From assembly GCA_965228735.1 (NCBI GenBank), contig OZ245838.1, positions 1,408,001 through 1,472,000 of the forward strand: DNA of 64,000 nt, written 5' to 3'. The notes under the pieces were generated by a model, which was given only the letters and a program-made list of their open reading frames with translations, was not told the origin of the DNA and did not search any database. Of the stretch, positions 40,889-48,550 are shown piece by piece. The stretch is from Planctomycetota bacterium. GTDB lineage: Bacteria > Planctomycetota > UBA1135 > UBA2386. The translations under genes and the position numbers were made by a program. Position 1 is the first letter of the stretch. Each line of letters starts with the position of its first letter.

Positions 40889-41560
40889 ATGTACCTACGA
40901 CACGCCGCTACCATTCTGTTCACCATCGCGCTCGGCGCGTGCGCTTCGGGGTCGCGCCTCGAAGAGGCTCCGAACCGCAAAGAGAACCTCACGACCTGGA
41001 TCGAGAAGGTCCACATCGAGGCCGGCCGCTCGCGCGACTCGATCGCCGAGAGCTACGAACGCCTGCAGATGCTCGCCTCCGGCGAGTACCCGCAGGGCGA
41101 CGCCGCGATGGCCTACGCCCAGTTCGTGCAGTCGATCGACATCGCCGAGACCCAGGCCACGCGCTTCCGCGAGGTCGTCGAACCGCTCGCGTCCGCGGCC
41201 GCCCCGGTCTTCGAGCAGTGGGCGCAGGACGTCCAGACGATCGGCAACGAACGCCTGCGCACGCGCGGCGAGCTCAGCATGACCGTCAGCAAGGAACGCT
41301 ACGAAGCGGTCCTCGCGTCGGCGAACGATGCCCGCGAGCAGTTCAACGGCTTCGTGCAGGACCTCCGCGACCACGCGGCGTTCCTCGCGCACGACCTCAA
41401 CCCGCGCGCGCTCGACGAGATCCAGGAAGACGTGAAGATGGTGCGCAACAACGCGGAGAAGCTCGACCAGGAGCTCGACCGCACGCTCACCGCGGCGCGC
41501 GCCTACGTCGATCTCAACGCGCTGCCGGCGCAGGGTTCGCCCGCGTCGCCGAATCGCTGA
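40889..41560 (+). CDS. Coiled-coil lipoprotein (DUF2959-like)
   Basis: Lipobox LGAC; all-helical; FEQW...LRDHAAFLAHDLNP. Confidence 0.65.
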   Translation: MYLRHAATILFTIALGACASGSRLEEAPNRKENLTTWIEKVHIEAGRSRDSIAESYERLQMLASGEYPQGDAAMAYAQFVQSIDIAETQATRFREVVEPLASAAAPVFEQWAQDVQTIGNERLRTRGELSMTVSKERYEAVLASANDAREQFNGFVQDLRDHAAFLAHDLNPRALDEIQEDVKMVRNNAEKLDQELDRTLTAARAYVDLNALPAQGSPASPNR

Positions 41561-41702
41561 TCACCGAATCGCTGAGCCCCGGACCGCTTGATCAGGGGAT
41601 CGGCGAAACCAACGGGCCGTCCGCGGCCCATCACGATAGTCCGCGCTCGGGGAAGGGCGCGGACACCCCCATGACACCTGCACCCCGCCCCACAGGAGGC
41701 CC

Positions 41703-43931
41703 GTGACCTGGACGCTGCTGAGCTGCCTGGCCGTCGTGCTGCTCCTGGGCCTCGCGGTCGCGTTCCAGCGCCGCGCCGACCTGCGGCGGCAACGCAGCGT
41801 CGTGGCCGAACGCGCCGCGATGGCGCGGCGCAAGAACGACACCGCACCGCTCGTCGTGCCGGTCATCGACCTGCAGCGGTGTCTCGGGTGCGGCACGTGC
41901 GTGCGCTCGTGCCCCGAGGAGGGCGTGCTCGACCTCGTGCATGGCCAGGCGGCCGTGGTCAACGCCGCGCAATGCGTCGGTCATGCGCGCTGTGTCGCGG
42001 AATGTCCCGTCGGCGCGGTCACGCTCGGCACCGGCGACCTCGCGGAACGCGACGACGTGCCCGTCCTCGGCCCGGATCTCGCGGCCGTCGGCACGCCGGG
42101 GCTGTATCTGGTCGGTGAAATCACCGCGAAGGCGCTGATTCGACCGGCCACCGAGCAGGGCGCGCGCGTAGCGCGCACGATCGGGCAGGCGCGGGGCGAG
42201 ACCATGCCGGGCGTGCACGATCTCGTCGTCATCGGCGCCGGCCCGGGCGGTCTGGCATGCGCGCTGGGGGCGATCGAACAGGACCTCGACCTCCTCGTGC
42301 TCGATCAAGAACCGGTCATCGGCGGCACCGTCGCGAAGTATCCGCGCCGCAAGCTCGTGCTCACCGAGCCGATCGACCTGCCGCTGCACGGCCGCGTGCG
42401 GCAGAAGGAGTTCGAGAAAGAGCAGCTCATCGACCTTTGGCAGGATCTCGCGGCCGAGCACCAGGTGCCGTTCCGCGGCGGCGTGACGTTCGAACGCTGC
42501 GAACGGCTGGCCGACGGCACGTTCCGGATTCACACCGACGCCCCGGACCTCGCGGAGCTGCGCGCGCAGAACGTCGTGCTCGCGGTCGGACGTCGCGGCC
42601 AGCCGCGCCGCCTCGGCATCCCGGGCGAGGAGCTGCCGCACGTCGCGTACAGCCTGCTCGACGCGGGTGCGTTCGAGGACTGCGAGATCGTCGTCATCGG
42701 CGGCGGTGACAGCGCGGTCGAGGCCGCGATGGCGCTCGCCGATCAGGCCGGCAACCGCGTCACGATCGTCTACCGCCAGGACCAGTTCTTCCGCATCCGC
42801 CGCAAGAACAAGGACCGCCTCGAGCAGCGACTCGAGCCCGGTCGTCTCGAGGTCGTGTTCCGGCACGAGCCGACGGAGATCGACGTCGACTTCGTCACGA
42901 TCCGGAGCAACGACGGCTCGGGGGTCGAACGGGAGATCCCGGCCGATCAGGTGTTCGTCCTCGTCGGCGGCGAACCGCCGTTCCCCGCGCTGCAGCAGAG
43001 CGGCGTGTCGTTCGATCATTCGACGCCGGCAGCGGCTGCGGCCGCGAACACGCAGCCGTCCGAAACCGCGGCCGAGCGGTCGCTCTTGCCCGTCCTCGGC
43101 GGCTCCGTCGTGCTCACGCTCGCGACGTTCGCGTTCGCGCTCTGGCACTTCGACTACTACTCCAAGGTCGCAGCCCTCCGGGCCGCCGATCCGAAGCATG
43201 CGTTGCTGCGGCCCGATCAGAGCCTCGGTCTCTGGTTCGGGATCGTGGCGGTGATCGCGCTGCTCGCCAACCTCGCCTACCTGCTGCGCCGTCGTCTCAC
43301 GGTCACGTTCGGGTCGCTCACGGGCTGGATGGACGCGCACATCGTCACGGGCGTCGGCGCGCTGCTGCTCGCGGCGTTGCACGCCGCGATGGCGCCGCGG
43401 TCGACGCCGGGCGGGCATGCGTTCTGGGCCCTCGCGGCGCTCGTCGTCACGGGCGCGATTGGCCGCTGGTTCTACGCCTGGCTGCCGCGCGCGGCGAACG
43501 GCCGTGAGCTCGACCTCGAAGCGATCCGTGGCGACCTGCGCTCGCAACGGGGCGGCACGACGGGGTTCGCCGCCGCAGCGCAGCAGGAGACCGAGAAGCT
43601 GCTCGAGCGTCGCCAGTGGCGTTCGACGTTCGCGGGCCGCGCGCTGACGCTGATCGGCCTGTCGTGGGATCTCAACCGCACGCTCAACCGGCTGCGGCAA
43701 CGAGCCCGGGCCGAGGGCATCGCCCCCACTGATCGCAATGCGACGTTCGCGACGATCCGCGCGGCCTACAAGACGTCGGTCGCCGCGGGCCATCTCGAGG
43801 ACCTGCGCGCCGTGCTCGCGACCTGGCGCTGGCTGCACCGCTGGCTCGCGCTGCTGCTCATGCTGCTCATCGGCGTCCACGTGGTCATGGCGTGGCTGCA
43901 CGGCGCGTTCTCGTTCGGAGGCTCCGCGTGA
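41703..43931 (+). CDS. Membrane-bound 2x[4Fe-4S] ferredoxin / FAD-NAD(P)H oxidoreductase (TrxR/YpdA-like) with a C-terminal His-containing cytochrome b-like membrane domain
   Basis: CLGCGTCVRSCP and CVGHARCVAECP; VIGAGPGG; VIGGGDSAVE...VYR; TM helices carrying WMDAH, LH, WLH, VH. SD CAGGAGG upstream. Confidence 0.85.
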   Translation: MTWTLLSCLAVVLLLGLAVAFQRRADLRRQRSVVAERAAMARRKNDTAPLVVPVIDLQRCLGCGTCVRSCPEEGVLDLVHGQAAVVNAAQCVGHARCVAECPVGAVTLGTGDLAERDDVPVLGPDLAAVGTPGLYLVGEITAKALIRPATEQGARVARTIGQARGETMPGVHDLVVIGAGPGGLACALGAIEQDLDLLVLDQEPVIGGTVAKYPRRKLVLTEPIDLPLHGRVRQKEFEKEQLIDLWQDLAAEHQVPFRGGVTFERCERLADGTFRIHTDAPDLAELRAQNVVLAVGRRGQPRRLGIPGEELPHVAYSLLDAGAFEDCEIVVIGGGDSAVEAAMALADQAGNRVTIVYRQDQFFRIRRKNKDRLEQRLEPGRLEVVFRHEPTEIDVDFVTIRSNDGSGVEREIPADQVFVLVGGEPPFPALQQSGVSFDHSTPAAAAAANTQPSETAAERSLLPVLGGSVVLTLATFAFALWHFDYYSKVAALRAADPKHALLRPDQSLGLWFGIVAVIALLANLAYLLRRRLTVTFGSLTGWMDAHIVTGVGALLLAALHAAMAPRSTPGGHAFWALAALVVTGAIGRWFYAWLPRAANGRELDLEAIRGDLRSQRGGTTGFAAAAQQETEKLLERRQWRSTFAGRALTLIGLSWDLNRTLNRLRQRARAEGIAPTDRNATFATIRAAYKTSVAAGHLEDLRAVLATWRWLHRWLALLLMLLIGVHVVMAWLHGAFSFGGSA

Positions 43932-46000
43932 ACAAGAGCAAGGCGGGGCTCGGGGTGGGGATCGCGTCGCTCGTCGGCGTGCTGCTGCTCGCGTTCGTGA
44001 ATCTCGACCGCGAGCCGCCGGGCCCGGTCGCGGCCGTGCACGCCGCACTGCCCGAACTCGAGGGCGGCAGCAACTGCGCGGCCTGCCACGGCGGCTGGTT
44101 CGGCGACATGCAGAAGGCGTGCATGGAGTGCCACGCGGACATCGCGGACCAGCTGGCGCGCGGCAGCGGCCTGCACGGCCGGCTCGACGCGGGCGCGGCG
44201 GCGAGTTGCTCGACCTGCCACGGCGACCACCACGGCCAGGAGTTCCGGCTCGTGAACGCTCTCGCGTTCGCCCAGGCCGGCGTGCCGGACGAGCAGCAGT
44301 TCGACCACAGGATGGTCGGCTTCGCGATGCACGGGCGGCACACCGAGCTCGACTGCACCGAGTGCCACGAGCACGCCGAGACCGCGGTCCTGGCGGCAGG
44401 CCAGAAGCGCTACCTCGGTCTCACGCAGAACTGTGCGACGTGCCACGAGGATCCGCACGGCGGTCAGATGCAGATGAACTGCACGACGTGCCACGGCCAG
44501 GATTCGTTCGACGAGCACATCGTCCGCAACCACGACGCCCACCTCGAGCTCAGCGGCCCCCACGGCAACGCGACGTGCCGCGACTGTCATGCGACCGGCA
44601 CGCGGCACGCCCTCGAACACATCCCGCAGGGTGGCATCGCGCGTGGGCGTGCGTGCGGCGACTGTCACGAGTCCCCGCACGATCCGACGTTCGTTTTGGC
44701 CAACGGCGCCGCGATGGAACTGTCGCCGAACCAGAGCTGCGAGGTCTGCCACTCGCTGGCGATTCCGCACTTCGACGACCCGGTCGTGACGGTGACCCCG
44801 GCGCAGCACGCCCACTCGGGCTTCTCGCTCGGGGAGCCCCATGCGGCCGTCCGCTGTGAGCAGTGCCACCCGGCCGGCCAGGACCGCGACGCCAGCGGCG
44901 ACGATTGGGCGATCCGCCACCCGGGGCGCGATGCGAAGGACTGCCGCGCGTGTCACGAAGATCCGCACGGCGGCCAGTTCGACAACGCGCCGTTCGCCGC
45001 CGAGGGCTGCATCAGCTGCCACGCGGAGACTCACTTCGGCCCGCACGAGTTCGATCTCGCGGCCCACGCCCGGACGACCTTCCCGCTCACGGGCAAGCAC
45101 TCCGAGCTCGGCTGCGAGTCGTGCCACCCCGATCCGAAGGGCGACGAGCCCCGCCAGTTCGACGGCACACCCAACCGGTGCGAACAATGCCACGACGACG
45201 CCCACCACGGCGCGTTCGCGGCGCACCAGGACCGCTTCGCCGCCAATCCACGGGGCTCGTGCGCCGAGTGTCACGGCACCGAGCTGTTCCGCAACGTCGA
45301 CCTCGCCGTGTTCCACCATGGCGAGCACGCCGGCTTCCAGCTCGACGGCGCCCACGATCAGATCCACTGCACCGACTGCCACGAACGCACCGCCACGCCC
45401 GACGCGCTCGGCCGCACGTTCGGCCGGATTCTCGACGGCGACCGCGAGTGGAACGGCTGCCGCACCTGCCACCAGGATCCGCACGACGGCAAGTTCGACT
45501 CCGCGACGCTGCCGCAGGAGATCGACGGCCGCCGCGGCTGCGTGCGATGCCACTCCACGGTCTCGTTCCGCCTGCTGCCGCACGGTTTCGAGCACGGCGC
45601 GTTCACGGGCTTCGAGCTCGCCGGCGCCCACGCCAAGATCGACTGCGCCGCGTGCCACCTGCCGCGCGACGAAGAGACGCCAGCCGGCCGCACGACGATG
45701 CCCGCCAACGGCACCAACTGCGGCGACTGCCACGAAGACTCGCACCAGAATCAATTCGAGCGCCTCGGGCGCACGGATTGCGCCCGGTGCCACAAGAGCC
45801 AGATCTCGTTCCGCCGGATCTCGTTCCGACACAACCTCGACTCGCGGTTCGCGCTCGGGGACGCGCACCAGAAGGTCGCGTGCAAGGAGTGTCACAAGGT
45901 GGAAGACATCCACGGCGTTCAGGCCGTTCGCTACAAGCCACTGCCGACGAAGTGCGTCGAGTGCCACGGCACGGACAACCCGCGAAGGAGACGACGATGA
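43928..46000 (+). CDS. Multiheme c-type cytochrome, 23 CxxCH
   Basis: 23 CxxCH motifs counted, arranged in repeating three-heme units (FxLxGxH-CxxCH...CxxCHxDPH...CxxCH); N-terminal TM/signal; GTGA coupling to the upstream gene. Confidence 0.93.
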   Translation: MNKSKAGLGVGIASLVGVLLLAFVNLDREPPGPVAAVHAALPELEGGSNCAACHGGWFGDMQKACMECHADIADQLARGSGLHGRLDAGAAASCSTCHGDHHGQEFRLVNALAFAQAGVPDEQQFDHRMVGFAMHGRHTELDCTECHEHAETAVLAAGQKRYLGLTQNCATCHEDPHGGQMQMNCTTCHGQDSFDEHIVRNHDAHLELSGPHGNATCRDCHATGTRHALEHIPQGGIARGRACGDCHESPHDPTFVLANGAAMELSPNQSCEVCHSLAIPHFDDPVVTVTPAQHAHSGFSLGEPHAAVRCEQCHPAGQDRDASGDDWAIRHPGRDAKDCRACHEDPHGGQFDNAPFAAEGCISCHAETHFGPHEFDLAAHARTTFPLTGKHSELGCESCHPDPKGDEPRQFDGTPNRCEQCHDDAHHGAFAAHQDRFAANPRGSCAECHGTELFRNVDLAVFHHGEHAGFQLDGAHDQIHCTDCHERTATPDALGRTFGRILDGDREWNGCRTCHQDPHDGKFDSATLPQEIDGRRGCVRCHSTVSFRLLPHGFEHGAFTGFELAGAHAKIDCAACHLPRDEETPAGRTTMPANGTNCGDCHEDSHQNQFERLGRTDCARCHKSQISFRRISFRHNLDSRFALGDAHQKVACKECHKVEDIHGVQAVRYKPLPTKCVECHGTDNPRRRRR

Positions 46001-47733
46001 CCGGTCAGCCCGTCCACTCCTGCCCACCGCCTCATGCGCCGCTCGGTCGCATCGTCGGTATGGCACTCCTGCTCACGGCTCCTGCGCTCGCGCAGGTCCC
46101 GCGCTTCAACAAGGTCGAGGTGCGCATCATCGCGACGCCACGCGCCGGGGTCGTGACGATCGACCGCGGCACGCGCGACCTCGTGCAGAAGGGCGACAAG
46201 GTCGTGCTGCTGCCGCGCGACGGCCGCGTCCTGCACGGCACGGTCAGCGCGACCGAGTCGCGCACGTCGACCGTCGAGCTCGTCAATCCGAACGACAAGG
46301 TCCGACCCGGGGTGCGCGGCGAGGTCCTCGTGCCGCGGATGCGCCGCCAGCAGCAGGACGAGCCCGCGAAACCGATCGAGCGACCCGCGGATCCGGTCGC
46401 CGAGCCACAGGAACCCGACAAGCCGGCGGACGAGCCCGAGAAGCCCGCAGACGGGGAACGGCGGTTCGGTGACGACAACTGGCGTCCCGGCATGCCGCTG
46501 CTCACGGGCGGCCGCCCGCTGCGCCCGAACGAGCGCGTCACCCGGACGACCGGTCAGGTCTACACCGCGGGCGACCTCACCCGCACGCTCGATACCTGGA
46601 ACAACTCCTACTTCCGGCTCGGCACGAACCTCGACGTCGAGAACCCCGCCGGCTTCGGTGGCGTGCTGCGCATCAACACCGAGTTCGCGCAGCTCACCGA
46701 GATCAACGATCAGACCGACCCCGACCTGCGCGTCTACGAGCTGTCCTACGAGCTCGGCGGCAACCGCTACGAACCGACGCGCTGGACGTTCGGCCGGTAC
46801 CTGTCGCGCGACATGCCGGAGTTCGGCCTCGTCGACGGCATCGAGTGGAGCCATCGCACGGACACCGGCCAGCGGTTCGGCGTCAGCTTCGGCGCGCTGC
46901 CCGAACTCGACGAAGACCTCGACACGGGGTCGGACCTGCAGTTCGCGGCCTATTGGCTGTGGCCCGACACGATCGCCGAACGGTTGACGTTCGGCCTCGG
47001 CTACCAGAAGACGTGGCACCACCTGCGCGCCGACCGCGACCTCATCGTCGGCAAGATGCGCTACCTGCCGATCGATGGCTGGGACGTCGCCGCGACGACC
47101 TGGATCGACATCTACTACGGCAGCGACACGAAGGGCGACGGCCCCGAGCTCACCCGCGCCCGCGCGCACGCGACGCGGCGTTACGACACGGGCGGCGGAC
47201 TGCAGTTCACCTACGATCACGAAGAACTCGTCGATCAGCGCCGCACGGAGTTCCTGCAGACCATCCAGCCCGCGACGCTGCTCAACGCCCACGCCGACCG
47301 TGTCACGATGCATGCCTGGTCGATGACGGACGGCGGCAGCCGGCTGTTCACGCGCATCACGGGTTTTCACGACCAGGCCCGCACGGGCGGGACGGCCGAA
47401 GCGGGCTTCCTCGCCGACGATTGGCTCATGGACGAGATGCGCAGCGGCCTCGCGGCATTCGTCGTGCACGGCCGTCACAGCACGGTCGCGGGCGGCCGGC
47501 TCGACCACAGCGGTGAGGCCTGGGGTGGCCGGCTCGACGCCCTGCTCGAGGTGTCGTTCGTTCACCACGAGAGCTTCAACAACGACGGCGACGATCTGAT
47601 CCAGTACCGCCTCGGCGCGTACTGGACACGCGCGGTCGGTGACAACTGGTACCTTCTCAGCTACGGCGACTCGACCCTCTGGGACACCGAGTTCTCGATG
47701 AGCGCCGGCTTCTACCTCCAACGGACGTTCTGA
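45997..47733 (+). CDS. Putative outer-membrane beta-barrel (porin) with an N-terminal periplasmic domain
   Basis: Signal peptide (APALAQ), Pro/Glu linker, alternating amphipathic strands, terminal FYLQRTF beta-signal; ATGA coupling. Confidence 0.72.
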   Translation: MTGQPVHSCPPPHAPLGRIVGMALLLTAPALAQVPRFNKVEVRIIATPRAGVVTIDRGTRDLVQKGDKVVLLPRDGRVLHGTVSATESRTSTVELVNPNDKVRPGVRGEVLVPRMRRQQQDEPAKPIERPADPVAEPQEPDKPADEPEKPADGERRFGDDNWRPGMPLLTGGRPLRPNERVTRTTGQVYTAGDLTRTLDTWNNSYFRLGTNLDVENPAGFGGVLRINTEFAQLTEINDQTDPDLRVYELSYELGGNRYEPTRWTFGRYLSRDMPEFGLVDGIEWSHRTDTGQRFGVSFGALPELDEDLDTGSDLQFAAYWLWPDTIAERLTFGLGYQKTWHHLRADRDLIVGKMRYLPIDGWDVAATTWIDIYYGSDTKGDGPELTRARAHATRRYDTGGGLQFTYDHEELVDQRRTEFLQTIQPATLLNAHADRVTMHAWSMTDGGSRLFTRITGFHDQARTGGTAEAGFLADDWLMDEMRSGLAAFVVHGRHSTVAGGRLDHSGEAWGGRLDALLEVSFVHHESFNNDGDDLIQYRLGAYWTRAVGDNWYLLSYGDSTLWDTEFSMSAGFYLQRTF

Positions 47734-47743
47734 GGCATCCCCC

Positions 47744-48406
47744 ATGCGCACGAATCGACCAACCAATCGCTTCCGCCTCGGCCACGCGCTCGTGCTGGCC
47801 TGGATCGTCGCCGTCGTCGCCTGCACCGTGGTGTCGCCGCGGGAACGCGAACTCCACCGCTGGTGGGCCGGCTTCGGCATGGTCGTCAAGCACGACTCGT
47901 TCCCGGGCGAGTGTGGTGACTGCCACATCGGCGCCAACTGGAACGAGATCTCGGCCACGTTCGAGTTCGACCACGAGCGGGAGACCGGCGTGGCACTGAC
48001 CGGCGCGCACGCCCAGGCGCAGTGCCTGCGGTGCCACAACGATCGCGGCCCGGTCGCGACGTTCGCCGCGAAGGGGTGTGCCGGCTGCCACGAGGACGTG
48101 CACTACGGCGAGCTCGGCAAGGACTGCACGACGTGTCACAGCGACACGGTCTGGCGCGTCCCGAACGCGCGCGTCAACCACCTGCACGGCCGCTTCCCGC
48201 TCACGGGAGCGCACCTGCAGGTCGCCTGTCACCGCTGCCACGCCGGCGCCTGGGTCCGCAACTTCCGCCCGACGGATCCGACGTGCGAGAGCTGCCACTA
48301 CGACGAGGGCGCCAACGTCAACAACCCACCGCACCTCAACCTCGGCTGGACCGACTGCGACCGCTGCCACATCCCGACCGGCTGGCGGCCCGCGGTCATC
48401 CGCTGA
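47744..48406 (+). CDS. Heptaheme c-type cytochrome, probable lipoprotein
   Basis: 7 CxxCH; VVAC lipobox-like sequence; same LTGAH repeat unit as the 23-heme protein. Confidence 0.9.
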   Translation: MRTNRPTNRFRLGHALVLAWIVAVVACTVVSPRERELHRWWAGFGMVVKHDSFPGECGDCHIGANWNEISATFEFDHERETGVALTGAHAQAQCLRCHNDRGPVATFAAKGCAGCHEDVHYGELGKDCTTCHSDTVWRVPNARVNHLHGRFPLTGAHLQVACHRCHAGAWVRNFRPTDPTCESCHYDEGANVNNPPHLNLGWTDCDRCHIPTGWRPAVIR

Positions 48407-48550
48407 CACCCAGGAGCCTGGGCCACGAAACCCCTCGATGACACGGACATGACGAACCGCTCCGTCCCGAACCGGGATCACTACGGGTTGATCCGGTCTC
48501 GAAAGGTCGATGAACCCGGCACTCGGGAGGTCCCTGGAGGACCGAAGGCC

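Noticed and set aside
41549..41575. 12-bp direct repeat CCGAATCGCTGA at the lipoprotein stop codon
   Set aside because: Only two copies with a 3-nt gap; most likely a small local duplication, with no element between them.
48407..48550. Possible riboswitch (GAAA-loop hairpin) upstream of the 11-heme gene
   Set aside because: I could not match the conserved cores of c-di-GMP, cobalamin or other riboswitch classes by eye.
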